Assembly (NCBI GenBank): GCA_963662265.2
Contig: CAXXHA010000036.1
Coordinates: 153,132-217,131 of the forward strand
Direction of reading: 5' to 3'
Origin: Spirochaetia bacterium
GTDB taxonomy: Bacteria > Spirochaetota > Spirochaetia > CADAEX01
Length of the DNA: 64,000 bases
Part shown: positions 41,678 to 52,038 of the stretch, in pieces
How positions within the stretch are numbered: position 1 is the stretch's first letter
Layout of the letters: every line of letters starts with the position of its first letter
The notes under the pieces: model-generated
Database searches by the model: none
The model's input: only the letters and a program-made list of their open reading frames with translations
Told to the model about the DNA's origin: nothing
Program-made: the position numbers and the translations under genes

Positions 41678-42727
41678 ATGGGCAGACGGGAAAATAATAT
41701 TAAAGAAAGGTCATCGAAAGCACCTGGCAGAAACCGGGATGTAGGCAGAAAGACAGCAGGCCAGGCCAGGAATTCCGCGGGAAAACGGGGCCCCGGCAGC
41801 TATTCAGGCCAGGCCAGGGGGGGGGGACCCGGCACAGGAAGATCTGATTCATCAGATAGCAGGTCAAAGCCTCAAAGCCGCGGAGCTTCAGGAAAAACAT
41901 ACAGGAGTAATACTGATTTTGATCATAAAAAAAGCTACAGCAGGGATTATTCCGGCAGGTCTTTTTCCGATACAGATACAGTAACACCATGTTTTGAGAC
42001 AATAGTCGGGTTCCATGCAATTGAAGAGATGCTTAAAGAGAAAAATATTGAAGGCACTCTCTATATTTCCGGTAAGGGTAAACGGCATGAAAAAATATCT
42101 GCCATGTCTGCAGGTATGAATATAAAGATTCAGAAAGTTTCAGACGAGGTGATTCAGAAAAAGTCTCCCGGTATTGATCCCCGGGGTGTTGTTCTTGAAG
42201 TTACAGGTAAGAGGGAAAAAAGCAGGGAAACCAGTGTTAAGGTTTTTCTGGATAAGCTTGAGAAGTCCGGAAAGGAAAATTCCCTTGTTCTGATTCTTGA
42301 CGGTATTACAGATCCCCATAATCTGGGTGCAATCCTCCGGTCTGCAGACCAGTTTGATGTTGATCTTGTGATCCTCCCTTCAAGCAGAAGCGCGGGAGAT
42401 AACTCGACAGTAAGGAAAATATCTTCAGGCGCTTCCGAATATGTGCCGCAGGCTGTTGAAAACCTTTCACGTGCTGCCGATCTGCTCAAGAAAAGCGGAT
42501 TCTGGATTTATGCTGCTGATATGGGCGGTGATGATTCCTGGAAGCTGAATCTAAAGGGGCGGACTGCCCTTGTTCTCGGCAGCGAAGGGGAAGGGGTTTC
42601 CAGAATACTGACAGAAAAGAGCGACAGTATTATTAAGATACCTGCGTCAGGTCATGTAGATTCATTTAATGTTTCGGTTGCTGCCGGAATACTCATGTAT
42701 GAGACAGTCAGGCAGTTTTCTGTCTGA
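41678..42727 (+). CDS. rlmB: 23S rRNA (guanosine-2251-2'-O)-methyltransferase with a long Arg/Gly/Ser-rich N-terminal extension
   Basis: LDGITDPHNLGAILRSA, VLGSEGEG, SFNVSVAAG. Confidence 0.9.
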   Translation: MGRRENNIKERSSKAPGRNRDVGRKTAGQARNSAGKRGPGSYSGQARGGGPGTGRSDSSDSRSKPQSRGASGKTYRSNTDFDHKKSYSRDYSGRSFSDTDTVTPCFETIVGFHAIEEMLKEKNIEGTLYISGKGKRHEKISAMSAGMNIKIQKVSDEVIQKKSPGIDPRGVVLEVTGKREKSRETSVKVFLDKLEKSGKENSLVLILDGITDPHNLGAILRSADQFDVDLVILPSSRSAGDNSTVRKISSGASEYVPQAVENLSRAADLLKKSGFWIYAADMGGDDSWKLNLKGRTALVLGSEGEGVSRILTEKSDSIIKIPASGHVDSFNVSVAAGILMYETVRQFSV

Positions 42728-42733
42728 TTACTA

Positions 42734-42819
42734 TATAAAAAAAGGCTGTCCGGATATATTCCGGACAGCCTCTGCTCTATGATTTATCCTGTTCTATTCA
42801 AAAAATTTGATAATTCTGT
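42734..42819. repeat. Copy A of an ~85-bp direct repeat (degenerate purE 3' end plus terminator)
   Basis: Aligns with 46140-46224 with few differences; contains the hairpin GGCTGTCCGGA-tatat-TCCGGACAGCC. Confidence 0.85.
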
Positions 42820-42925
42820 ATAAACAAGGGACAATTCATCATGAACTGCCCCTTTTGTGTTTTTTGCAGACTGTCTGCCTTCAAAAATATCTATAAAAAA
42901 TGATTTTTGAATATATAATACTGTT

Positions 42926-44185
42926 TTAAAAAATCATCGGAATCCACATAGGCAGATAAAGAAGCAGCATTAAAACAGTCAGAAGTCCCAGCATGAAGGG
43001 GAGTATTGCTTTTGTCATTTTTTCTATGGATAGTCCTGTAATTGTGGATGCAACATACAGGTTTATTGCAACCGGAGGTGTTATCATTCCTATCGATAGA
43101 CCGACAACCATGACAAGCCCGAAATGAACAAGGTCGATTCCTATCTCATTAATCAGGGGCAGGAACACCGGGGTAAGTATTATTAATGCAGATGCTGTTT
43201 CCATGAATACACCTGTAACCAGGATTATAACTGTAATAAGAAACAGTATGATAAGCGGATTTGAAGACAGAGAAAGCACTCCCTGTGCAATAATTGAAGG
43301 TATATTCCAGTTTGCAAGTATCCAGCTCATTATTGAAGATGTTGCTATGATAAACATGATAACTGACATTGTCATTGCAGATCTTGAAATAATTTTAACA
43401 ATATCCTTAAGCTTCATATCCCTGTAGATGAAGAATGAAACTATTAATGCCCAGTTTACAGCTATTACAGCAGCTTCTGACGGAGTGAAATATCCGCTGA
43501 ATATTCCTCCCAGTATTATTACCGGTGTAAGAAGACCCCATAATGCGTCTCTGAATGTTTTAAGTATGTTGATTACAGAGAATTTCGCACCTTTCGGATA
43601 ATTTCTGCTGTGGGCCTGTTTTATGGCAATAATAATCAGTGTCAATCCCATGAGTGTTCCCGGAAGAAATCCATTCAGGAACAGTCTGGCAACAGACTGG
43701 TCAGCAATAACTGCATAGAGAATCATCGGTACAGATGGGGGGATTACCACCCCGATTGTACCACTTGCCGCGATCAGGGAAGCAGATGATGCTTCATCAT
43801 ATCCTTTTCTTTTCAGTTCAGGAACAAGTGTTGTTCCCACTGCTGCTGTTGTCGCTGCTCCCGAACCGGAGATTGCAGCAAAAAACATGCCTGCAAGAAC
43901 TGCCACGATTGAAAGGCCCCCTTTCATGAATCCGAAGATAGCATCGGCAAATTCAACCAGCTTTTCTGAAATTTTCCCTTTTGCCATTAAATCTCCGGCA
44001 AGGATAAAAAAAGGCACTGCAATAAGTGCAAAGCTGTCAGTTCCTGAAAACATTCTCTGTGTAACAATGAGAAGGGGAATCCCCTCATTGACAAGGACTA
44101 CAATTGATGAAAGTGCTATAGCTATGGCTACCGGAATTCCCAGCAGCAGTAGCACGAAAAAAGATGTAAATAATATTAATGTCAT
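42926..44185 (-). CDS. dctM: TRAP transporter large permease
   Basis: AVPFFILAG, AISGSG, IPPSVPMI, TPSEAA, ITPPVAINL. Confidence 0.95.
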   Translation of the reverse strand: MTLILFTSFFVLLLLGIPVAIAIALSSIVVLVNEGIPLLIVTQRMFSGTDSFALIAVPFFILAGDLMAKGKISEKLVEFADAIFGFMKGGLSIVAVLAGMFFAAISGSGAATTAAVGTTLVPELKRKGYDEASSASLIAASGTIGVVIPPSVPMILYAVIADQSVARLFLNGFLPGTLMGLTLIIIAIKQAHSRNYPKGAKFSVINILKTFRDALWGLLTPVIILGGIFSGYFTPSEAAVIAVNWALIVSFFIYRDMKLKDIVKIISRSAMTMSVIMFIIATSSIMSWILANWNIPSIIAQGVLSLSSNPLIILFLITVIILVTGVFMETASALIILTPVFLPLINEIGIDLVHFGLVMVVGLSIGMITPPVAINLYVASTITGLSIEKMTKAILPFMLGLLTVLMLLLYLPMWIPMIF

Positions 44186-44686
44186 GCTGTTTTCTCCTGG
44201 TCATTTTTTTGGGGAGAAAGGACCTCAACGATTTTAGTTAAGGCATGTATGCCCATGACGGCACCGGAAAAAGGAATAATAAAATATATGTATTTCATGG
44301 GAAGCCGGAGTGATGCAGAAACCTGTGTTGACTGCATCTGCATGTATTTAATACCGTAAACAATGATTACTGCAAAAAAAAACGGCTGCAAGAACATGGC
44401 TTATAATCTGTAATATTTTTCTTGCTGCAGAAGGGAAAACATCAATGAGAAAAGTTACTGCGATATGCATACCTCTTTTATAGGCCATTGTCGCGCCCAG
44501 AAAAGTAGACCATACCAGAAGATACCTTGCAGCTTCTTCTGACCAGCTGAGCGCGTCAAAAAAAACTCTGAAAATAATCTGCATGGTAATAGCAATTATC
44601 ATACAGATTATTGCCAGAAAAGTTATATATTTTATAGCATTGTCTATTGTCAGACTTATTTTCTCTATAATCCGAACTGTGCTCAT
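44182..44686 (-). pseudogene. dctQ: TRAP transporter small permease, frameshift in a 9-nt homopolymer (44374-44382)
   Basis: QIIFR...WSEEAARYLLVW...HIAV in the first frame; SASLRLPM..IYFIIP in the second. Confidence 0.88.
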
Positions 44687-44770
44687 AGCACCTCCTGTTT
44701 ATGTGTAACCGGATCATTCAACAGGCTTGGAAATCAGCACTTTACTCTTTTTATTACCTGTTATCTGTGA

Positions 44771-44822
44771 TAAAAACCAGCCCCGGTGCATAGCTGGAAC
44801 CTTCTGCCGGGACTGGTTTTTA
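44771..44822 (-). other. Intercistronic hairpin between dctP and dctQ (mRNA stability or partial termination)
   Basis: TAAAAACCAG.CCCGG...CCGGG.CTGGTTTTTA. Confidence 0.55.
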
Positions 44823-44849
44823 TTAATATGTTATTTATAAAATTCCTTA

Positions 44850-45872
44850 TTAATTAAGCTGCTCACGGATCTGGTCGATGTAGTCTCCGTATTTCTTACC
44901 GTATTTTTCATATACAGGTGCAACTGCTTCCTGGAATTTCTTTATATCAGGTTGAACAATTTCCATGCCGTTTTCCCTGAGTTTAGCCATCTGCTCCTCT
45001 TCACTTTCCGCATTTGCTTTTCTTTCAAATTCAGCAGCTTCCTGTGCCGCTTCCTTGAATATTTTCTGAACTTCGGGTGAGAGTTTGTTGAATTTGCTGA
45101 TATTCATGAGAAATGCAGCAGGAGCATATGTATGACGTGTCATCGAAAGATGATTCTGTGTTTCGTAAAGCTTGAAAGAGTAGATTACATTTACAGGGTT
45201 TTCCTGTCCATCGATAGTTCCCTGCTGAAGTGCTGTAAGAGCTTCTGTCCATGCCATTGGAACTGCGTTGGCTCCGAGAGCTTTGAATGTATCGATATAA
45301 ACCGGATTTTCCATAACACGGACTTTTAATCCCTGTACATCATCCGGTGTCATTACAGATCTGCTTGAATTTGTAAGGTTTCTGAACCCTCTTTCTGCAT
45401 ATGCAAGACCCTTGATATTTACTGTTTCCAGCTTACCAAGAATTTTCTGGCCGATTTCCCCGTCAAGAACTTCATATGCTTCTTCAGGACTGGCAAAAAG
45501 AAATGGGAGTTCAAAAACTCCGATATCTTCAACAAAGTTAACAATTGGACCGTTTGTTATAATTCCCATATCAACCGTACCCATCTGCATACCTTCAAGA
45601 AGTGTTCTCTCATCTCCGAGAGTAGCGTTGGGATAAAGCTCAATGTTAATTTTTCCGTCAGTCTTCTGTTCCACGATTTCTTCAAATTTCATGGCTGCAA
45701 TGTGAAAACCGTCTTTTTCGTTAACTACATGAGCAAGTTTAATTGTCTGCTCCTTGACAGTTTCTCCCTTTGATGTAGAACCATCTGATTCTGCATTTTT
45801 CTTGCTGCATCCGATAAGTAGGAATGAAACGCTGATAATCATGACAATAATTATCCTGCTGGTTTTGTTCAT
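44850..45872 (-). CDS. dctP: TRAP substrate-binding lipoprotein
   Basis: Lipobox LIG-C; GFRNLTN, GLKVRV, LQQGTIDGQEN. Confidence 0.95.
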   Translation of the reverse strand: MNKTSRIIIVMIISVSFLLIGCSKKNAESDGSTSKGETVKEQTIKLAHVVNEKDGFHIAAMKFEEIVEQKTDGKINIELYPNATLGDERTLLEGMQMGTVDMGIITNGPIVNFVEDIGVFELPFLFASPEEAYEVLDGEIGQKILGKLETVNIKGLAYAERGFRNLTNSSRSVMTPDDVQGLKVRVMENPVYIDTFKALGANAVPMAWTEALTALQQGTIDGQENPVNVIYSFKLYETQNHLSMTRHTYAPAAFLMNISKFNKLSPEVQKIFKEAAQEAAEFERKANAESEEEQMAKLRENGMEIVQPDIKKFQEAVAPVYEKYGKKYGDYIDQIREQLN

Positions 45873-46097
45873 TTATGTCCCCTTTTTGTTTTTTTGTAAT
45901 ATTGCAGTATTTTTTTAATTTGTTCAAATACCGTGATGTGCTATTTTAGTAAAAAATAGATAGATTTAAGTTTATTTTAATTACGAAAAAATATTTAAGT
46001 GGATAGTATATGAATTAGTCTGTGGTTGAATTATTTATTTAAAGGTGAAATATGGTTCAGGCAAACGCTGACTCTCATGATATTTAAACAGTGAAAA

Positions 46098-46134
46098 CAA
46101 AACAGCAGATCCAGGGACAGGATCTGCTGTTTTG
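46098..46134. terminator. Perfect 15-bp stem-loop just inside the TRAP islet border
   Basis: CAAAACAGCAGATCC-agggaca-GGATCTGCTGTTTTG. Confidence 0.65.
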
Positions 46135-46139
46135 CCCTG

Positions 46140-46224
46140 TATAAAAAAGGCTGTCCGGATATATTCCGGACAGCTTCTTATCTATGATTTATTCTGTTCT
46201 ATTCAAAATTTCTGATAATTCTGT
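46140..46224. repeat. Copy B of the ~85-bp direct repeat (functional purE 3' end plus terminator)
   Basis: Matches 42734-42819 and includes the purE stop codon. Confidence 0.85.
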
Positions 46225-46603
46225 CGGCAAGGTGGACCGCATTGAGAACACCCTGTTTGCCTATACCCATTGTTGCGCAGGGGATTCCCTTGGGAAGCTG
46301 AAGTATGGAAAGAAGTGCATCCATTCCGGCCAGTTCTCCCGCAACAAGCGGAATACCTATAACAGGTTTGTGTGATATTGATGCGACAACACCTGGAAGA
46401 GCAGCACTCAGGCCTGCTGCTGTTATCAGTATTTTGTAGTTATCCTGCTCTTTTTCCAGAAATTCTGTCAGTTCCGGAAGATTCCTGTGAGCTGAATAAA
46501 CTTTGAGGTCATAGCTCATCCCTTTTTCATCCATAAGGTCGATACCCGGAGCTATGTTTTTTTTGTCTGACTCTGATCCGATAATAAAGAGTATATCTTT
46601 CAT
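46199..46603 (-). CDS. purE: AIR carboxylase family protein PurE
   Basis: IIGSESD, SAHR, AGLSAALPG, GMDALLSILQLPKGIP. Confidence 0.93.
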   Translation of the reverse strand: MKDILFIIGSESDKKNIAPGIDLMDEKGMSYDLKVYSAHRNLPELTEFLEKEQDNYKILITAAGLSAALPGVVASISHKPVIGIPLVAGELAGMDALLSILQLPKGIPCATMGIGKQGVLNAVHLADRIIRNFE

Positions 46604-46609
46604 TTAATT

Positions 46610-47863
46610 TTACCTCTCAAAAAATTTTTTACCGATATCATTTCTGTGGAAACAGTCTTTGAAATATACTTCATCCACAGCTTTGTAAGCGTTGCTGTTT
46701 GCTGTGACATAGTTGCTTCCCAGGCCTACTACGGTAAAGCACCGGCCTCCGCCTGTTACAACATTCCCTTCCTCGTTATGTTTTGTTGCAGCATGGAAAA
46801 CAACTACATATTTTTCATTGAATTTTGGTATGTAATCCACCGGAATATTTTTTTCATATGTTCCCGGGTATCCGCCTGCCGCAACAACAACTCCTATTGC
46901 GGAGTTTGTTGATATTTTGAGAGGAAAACTGCTGAGTTTCTCCTCTGTAATTGTTTCTATGAGGTCGCCGAAATCTGATTTAATAAGAGGAAGGAGTGAC
47001 TGGGTTTCAGGATCTCCGAATCTTACATTGTATTCAAGCAGCTTGGGACCATCTTTTGTAACCATGATTCCGAAATAGAGAACCCCTTTGTAGCCAAGGT
47101 TTTCTTTTTTAAGTCCTTCGAAAGTAGGTTCAACAATATCTTTCTTTATTTTCTCAAGAAGCTCTGATGTCACCTGGGGCACAGGGCAGATCGAGCCCAT
47201 ACCGCCTGTATTAGGTCCCCTGTCATCATCATATGCTTTTTTAAAATCAGCGCATGAAGGAAGTATTACGTAATCCCTGCCGTCTGAAAGGGTGAATATT
47301 GTTGTTTCCCATCCCACCAGGAATTCCTCAATTAAAAGCTTGTCATCTTCAAGAATATCAAGGCCGAAAGCAAGAAGTTCATCCTTGTCGTCAGATTCCA
47401 GTACACCCTTCCCTGCTGCAAGGCCGCTCTTCTTGATAACAATTTTACCGCTGCTGTTTTTTATATATTCTTCAAATTCTGCTTTATCATCAAATTCTCT
47501 GGCATCGGCAGTCGGTATATTGTATTTAAGCATGAAGTCTTTGGAAAAAGCCTTGCTTGATTCAAGCATTGCAGCTTCCCTGTGCGGACCTATTGCATTT
47601 ATTCCGGCCTCCTGAAGGGCATCTACAATTCCTGCTGCAAGCGGGGCCTCCGGACCCACAAACACGACATCAATTTTGTACTTTCTGCATGTTTCAATTA
47701 CCATTTCACTGTTGCACGGATCAATGTCCGGCAGATTATCGGCAAGTTCTGCTGTACCCGCATTTCCGGGTGCCGCGTATAGACCTGTAATAATATTGCT
47801 CTTTGCAAAACTCCAGGTAATTGCATGTTCTCTTGCTCCTGATCCCAGAACCAAAACCTTCAA
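46610..47863 (-). CDS. purD: Phosphoribosylamine--glycine ligase
   Basis: LGSGAREHA, VGPEAPL, GPNTGGMG, EYNVRFGDPE; AGGAGG RBS with TTG start. Confidence 0.96.
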   Translation of the reverse strand: MKVLVLGSGAREHAITWSFAKSNIITGLYAAPGNAGTAELADNLPDIDPCNSEMVIETCRKYKIDVVFVGPEAPLAAGIVDALQEAGINAIGPHREAAMLESSKAFSKDFMLKYNIPTADAREFDDKAEFEEYIKNSSGKIVIKKSGLAAGKGVLESDDKDELLAFGLDILEDDKLLIEEFLVGWETTIFTLSDGRDYVILPSCADFKKAYDDDRGPNTGGMGSICPVPQVTSELLEKIKKDIVEPTFEGLKKENLGYKGVLYFGIMVTKDGPKLLEYNVRFGDPETQSLLPLIKSDFGDLIETITEEKLSSFPLKISTNSAIGVVVAAGGYPGTYEKNIPVDYIPKFNEKYVVVFHAATKHNEEGNVVTGGGRCFTVVGLGSNYVTANSNAYKAVDEVYFKDCFHRNDIGKKFFER

Positions 47864-47900
47864 AGTAATACCTCCTTTTGATGAAAAACAAGCTAACTGC

Positions 47901-48467
47901 TCAGGTGCTGAAATTATCCAGAAGTGTTTCAATCACTTCCGGATAGTAAGTATGTTCTATGTTATGTATCTTTTTTTCAATTTCTTCAATAGGCTCACTG
48001 CCGCATCTTGTAAAAGACTGCTGCATAATGACAGGTCCGGTATCCATTCCCTCATCAACATAATGGATTGTTATGCCTAGCCTGCTGTCGCCTGAATTGT
48101 AACTTTCTTCAATTCCGTGAGCACCCGGGTACTTCGGAAGAAGTGCAGGATGAATATTTATTATCCTGTTTTTGTAGGATTCAATCAGAAGGGGAGTGAG
48201 GATTCGCATAAAACCGGCAAGTGATACAAGATCCACTTTTTCCTTTTCAAGGATATCAATAATATCCTTTTCCGCTTCCTCTCTGCCCCTTTTGTAATAG
48301 GAAACATGGTAGCTTTTAATCCCCAGAGCTTCTGCCCTGGCAAATGAGTAGGCATCTTTCCTGTCGCATATCATACAGGCGATTGTATGCTCTGTTTTCA
48401 GAATATATTCAGCAATTGCCTGGAAATTTGAGCCGTTGCCGGATGTAAAAACTGCCAGTCTCGCCAT
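47901..48467 (-). CDS. purN: Phosphoribosylglycinamide formyltransferase
   Basis: SGNGSNFQA, LAGFMRIL, NIHPALLP, MDTGP. Confidence 0.96.
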   Translation of the reverse strand: MARLAVFTSGNGSNFQAIAEYILKTEHTIACMICDRKDAYSFARAEALGIKSYHVSYYKRGREEAEKDIIDILEKEKVDLVSLAGFMRILTPLLIESYKNRIINIHPALLPKYPGAHGIEESYNSGDSRLGITIHYVDEGMDTGPVIMQQSFTRCGSEPIEEIEKKIHNIEHTYYPEVIETLLDNFST

Positions 48468-49426
48468 TATTTCAGTTTGCCGATTTTCAGAACTTCAATT
48501 CCTGATTTTTTCCCGTGCTCAATAACAGAATCCGCATCAGCTGCCTTGACTATAAAAGCAATCCCTATACCCATATTGAATACTTTTCTCATTTCTTCTG
48601 TTGCGAGATTTCCCTGGTCCTGAATCTTTCTGAATATTTCCGGGACTTTCCAGGAAGAGAAATCAATATCCGGAACAAGGTTGTCGGGAATTGTTCTCTT
48701 GAGGTTTCCTACAAGACCGCCCCCAGTGATATGGGCAGCAGAAAGTATTTTACCTGTCTTAAGAAGCTCTTTAAGATCTTTTACATATATTTTTGTAGGT
48801 TTAAGGAGTTCTTTTCTCCCTTCAATATCATCTTTTTTTATTACCTTACGGGCAAGTGAGAGTCCGTTTGAGTGGATACCTTCTGATTTGAGTGCGAGGA
48901 CTGCATCTCCTGATGATATCTGATCTTTTTTGGGAAGTATGTTTTCCTTGCTTACAAGGCCTACACAGAATCCTGCAAGGTCAAAGTCATCCTCTGAATA
49001 TACATCAGGCATTTCCGCTGTTTCTCCCCCCGCAAGTATGCATTCAGACTGTTCACAGCCTTCTACAACACCTTTGATTATTTCCTGCATCTGTTTTTCA
49101 TTCAGTTTACCGCATGCGATATAGTCAAGAAAATTGACAGGATCAGCTCCGCAGACAATAAGGTCGTTAACACACATTGCAACAAGATCGATACCTATTG
49201 TATCGTATTTCTCCAGCTGTCTTGAAATAAGAAGTTTTGTTCCTACTCCGTCAGTTGTTGAGAGGAGTACAGGTTTTTTGTATTTTTCAGTATCTATTTC
49301 TATACCGCCGGCAAAACCTCCGATTTCGCCTGAAACAGCTTTGGATTTCAGGGAACCTATGAACTGGGCAAATCTGTCCCCTTTTTCAATATCAACACCT
49401 GCATCTGCATATGATTTTATATCCAT
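48467..49426 (-). CDS. purM: Phosphoribosylformylglycinamidine cyclo-ligase
   Basis: YADAGVD, TDGVGTK, GGETAEMP, HSNG, AHITGGG. Confidence 0.97.
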   Translation of the reverse strand: MDIKSYADAGVDIEKGDRFAQFIGSLKSKAVSGEIGGFAGGIEIDTEKYKKPVLLSTTDGVGTKLLISRQLEKYDTIGIDLVAMCVNDLIVCGADPVNFLDYIACGKLNEKQMQEIIKGVVEGCEQSECILAGGETAEMPDVYSEDDFDLAGFCVGLVSKENILPKKDQISSGDAVLALKSEGIHSNGLSLARKVIKKDDIEGRKELLKPTKIYVKDLKELLKTGKILSAAHITGGGLVGNLKRTIPDNLVPDIDFSSWKVPEIFRKIQDQGNLATEEMRKVFNMGIGIAFIVKAADADSVIEHGKKSGIEVLKIGKLK

Positions 49427-49429
49427 TGT

Positions 49430-50824
49430 TTAATTCTCCTTGATTTTTACCGGATATTCGCCGTTAAAACATGCGTAGCAGAAGTCTTCCGGATTTGAAA
49501 TACATTCTTTGAGTTTTTGTACAGGGAGGAAGAAGCATGAATCTGCCCCTATATGCTCTGCTATCTGGTCCGGGGTCATGTGGTTTGAAATAAGCTCCTC
49601 CCTTGTGGGAATATCTATTCCGAAATAGCATGGATTTTTAATTTCCGGTGCTGTGAGTCTTATGTGTACTTCTTTTGCCCCCGCTTCCCTGAGCATTTTT
49701 ACAATCAGCCGGGCTGTTGTCCCTCTTACGAGTGAGTCGTCCACAAGGATAATTTTTTTATCTTTTACAACTTCTTTGACAGGATTGAGCTTCATTCTAA
49801 CCATCAGCTCTCTCTGCTCCTTTGTAGGCATGATAAATGAACGCCCCGCATAATGGTTTCTTGAAAGACCGTATTCAAGCGGAAGTCCCGATTTTTCAGC
49901 ATAGCCGAGTGCGGCGCAGTTACCTGAATCAGGAACAGACATAACAACATCACCCTTTACAGTCTCAACTTCGGCAAGGGCTGCACCCATTCTCTTCCTC
50001 TTTACATGAACAGATTTACTGAATATGGAGGAGTCAGGCCGGGCAAAATATATCAGCTCGAAAACACACTGGCTTTTTTTCTTTGATTCTGCAAAGAACT
50101 CCGATTTTATACCTGATTCATCGACAGTAATCATTTCCCCCGGAAGCACTTCCCTGTACTGATCAACCTGGAGAATGTCGAGTGCGCATGTTTCAGAGGC
50201 GAAGATTGTCATATCATCTTTATGTCCCATGTAGAGCGGTCTGAAACCCATAGGATCCCGGACAGCAATAAGTGAATCATCTTTCATCATCACAAGACTG
50301 TATGCCCCTTCAAGTACTGAAAGTGTTTTGAGGAGAGCATCTTTGAATGTCTTTTCCTTTGACATTGATATCAGGTGAAGGATAATTTCCGTATCTGTAG
50401 TGCTCTGAATTATTGCTCCGTCTGAAAAGACGATATCTTTCAGTTCTGAAGCATTTGAAAGGGTTCCGTTATGGGCTAGTGTAATTTCACCTTTGTTGCA
50501 TACGACTTGTATCGGCTGGGCATTTTCAATTCTGTTGCCCCCTTTTGTCGAATACCTTACATGACCTATACCGGTATTTGACTGCCTGTCAAGCTGAAGA
50601 TAACGGGAAAGAACAGTCGGGACCATCCCGAGATCCTTGTAAACTGTTACGCTCCCGTTTTTACGATATGCTACACCGGCACTTTCCTGACCTCTGTGCT
50701 GCAGTGTAAACAGAGTATAAAATAGTTTTTCCGGAATATTTACAGGTGTTTTTGAGTAGATACCTGTCACTCCGCAAAAATGACCTGGTTTTGATTGTAT
50801 ATCTTCCACATAGATAGTTAGCAT
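49430..50824 (-). CDS. purF: Amidophosphoribosyltransferase
   Basis: Propeptide then CGVTG; QHRGQESAG, GHVRYST, VDDSLVRGTT, C-terminal CYAC. Confidence 0.96.
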   Translation of the reverse strand: MLTIYVEDIQSKPGHFCGVTGIYSKTPVNIPEKLFYTLFTLQHRGQESAGVAYRKNGSVTVYKDLGMVPTVLSRYLQLDRQSNTGIGHVRYSTKGGNRIENAQPIQVVCNKGEITLAHNGTLSNASELKDIVFSDGAIIQSTTDTEIILHLISMSKEKTFKDALLKTLSVLEGAYSLVMMKDDSLIAVRDPMGFRPLYMGHKDDMTIFASETCALDILQVDQYREVLPGEMITVDESGIKSEFFAESKKKSQCVFELIYFARPDSSIFSKSVHVKRKRMGAALAEVETVKGDVVMSVPDSGNCAALGYAEKSGLPLEYGLSRNHYAGRSFIMPTKEQRELMVRMKLNPVKEVVKDKKIILVDDSLVRGTTARLIVKMLREAGAKEVHIRLTAPEIKNPCYFGIDIPTREELISNHMTPDQIAEHIGADSCFFLPVQKLKECISNPEDFCYACFNGEYPVKIKEN

Positions 50825-51021
50825 TCAAACGGTGTTATAGTCAAGATATTAGGGCTATATAGTGCACGGAAAATATTCAGGATATATTTTTTGTATGATA
50901 TCAAACGTTTGACAGTATTGATACATATGAGTGGTGAGGGAGGCAAATAGCGGGTAATGTATGCTGAATTATTCAGGCCTGAAGAATAAATATTCAGAAA
51001 AAGGAAGTGAATTATCCGGTA

Positions 51022-52014
51022 TTATTGGTGTACCGAGAGGAGAAAACTTTTAAGCACCTGCCTGTATTCATCCGGGTTCTGGCAGTGGACAATTCTGTTT
51101 CTTATGTTTGCAGAGCCTTCCATCCCTTTCGTGTATGCGCAAAGGTGCTTTTTCATTTCAGAGCATGCGATTTTTTCCCCGTTGTATTTTACTGAGAGGT
51201 CAAAATGCCTCAGTGCTGTTTCAAGTTTTTCCTCAGGTGTAAGGGGGTTTTTATCGCCTTTTTCTGCAAGCGCCTTTATATTCCTGAAAATATCAGGCTG
51301 TCCCACAGCGCCTCTTGCTATCATTACAGCATCGCAGCCTGTTTCGGTGAGCATTCTGATCCCGTCTTCAGGTTTGAAAAGATCACCAGAGCCTGCAACA
51401 GGTACAGATGCATTTTTCTTCAGTGTGCTGATTTTTTCCCAGTCAGCTTTACCCGAGTACCCCTGGCTTCTTGTCCGGGGGTGGAGTGAAATCATTGCAG
51501 CGCCTGCATTCTGGGCAATTTCCGCCGCTTCAAGATAGTTTATGCTGTTTGCATCCCAGCCGGATCTGATTTTTACAGTAACAGGGAGTCCTGACTCCTC
51601 TCTTACCGCTTTGACAATTTCACCTATAAGTTCCGGTGTCTTCATCAGCGCAGATCCGGCGCCTGATTTGATGATTTTAGGCACAGGGCACCCGCAGTTC
51701 AGGTCGATAAACGCCGGTTTAAGCGGGATAATCTGTTTTGATGCTTTTGCAGCGCTTTCCGGATTTGAAGAAAATATCTGTACAGCATATTCTTTTTCAT
51801 TATCTGCAGGCTTTGCAAGGTTAAGTGTTCTTCCGTTGTCTCTGACAAGCGCTTCGCAGGATACCATTTCTGTAAAACAGAGATCTGCGCCGTTTTCAAT
51901 GCATATCTGCCTGAAAGATCTGTCGGTGAATCCTGCCATGGGGGCTAAAAAAATATTCCCGGGCAGAATTACCCGGGAATCAAGAATTATCTCATGTAAT
52001 AAATGTCTGTTCAT
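51022..52014 (-). CDS. dusB: tRNA-dihydrouridine synthase
   Basis: LAPMAG, IDLNCGCP, TVKIRSGW, HPRT. Confidence 0.9.
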   Translation of the reverse strand: MNRHLLHEIILDSRVILPGNIFLAPMAGFTDRSFRQICIENGADLCFTEMVSCEALVRDNGRTLNLAKPADNEKEYAVQIFSSNPESAAKASKQIIPLKPAFIDLNCGCPVPKIIKSGAGSALMKTPELIGEIVKAVREESGLPVTVKIRSGWDANSINYLEAAEIAQNAGAAMISLHPRTRSQGYSGKADWEKISTLKKNASVPVAGSGDLFKPEDGIRMLTETGCDAVMIARGAVGQPDIFRNIKALAEKGDKNPLTPEEKLETALRHFDLSVKYNGEKIACSEMKKHLCAYTKGMEGSANIRNRIVHCQNPDEYRQVLKSFLLSVHQ

Positions 52015-52038
52015 TGAAGTATCTGTTTAAGTATATCC

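Noticed and set aside
42823-42860. TGAACTGCCCC resembling an IS3 terminal repeat at the TRAP islet edge
   Set aside because: It is one arm of a local hairpin (CAAGGGACAATTCAT/ATGAACTGCCCCTTTTG) downstream of dctM, best explained as a terminator; no partner end or transposase was found.
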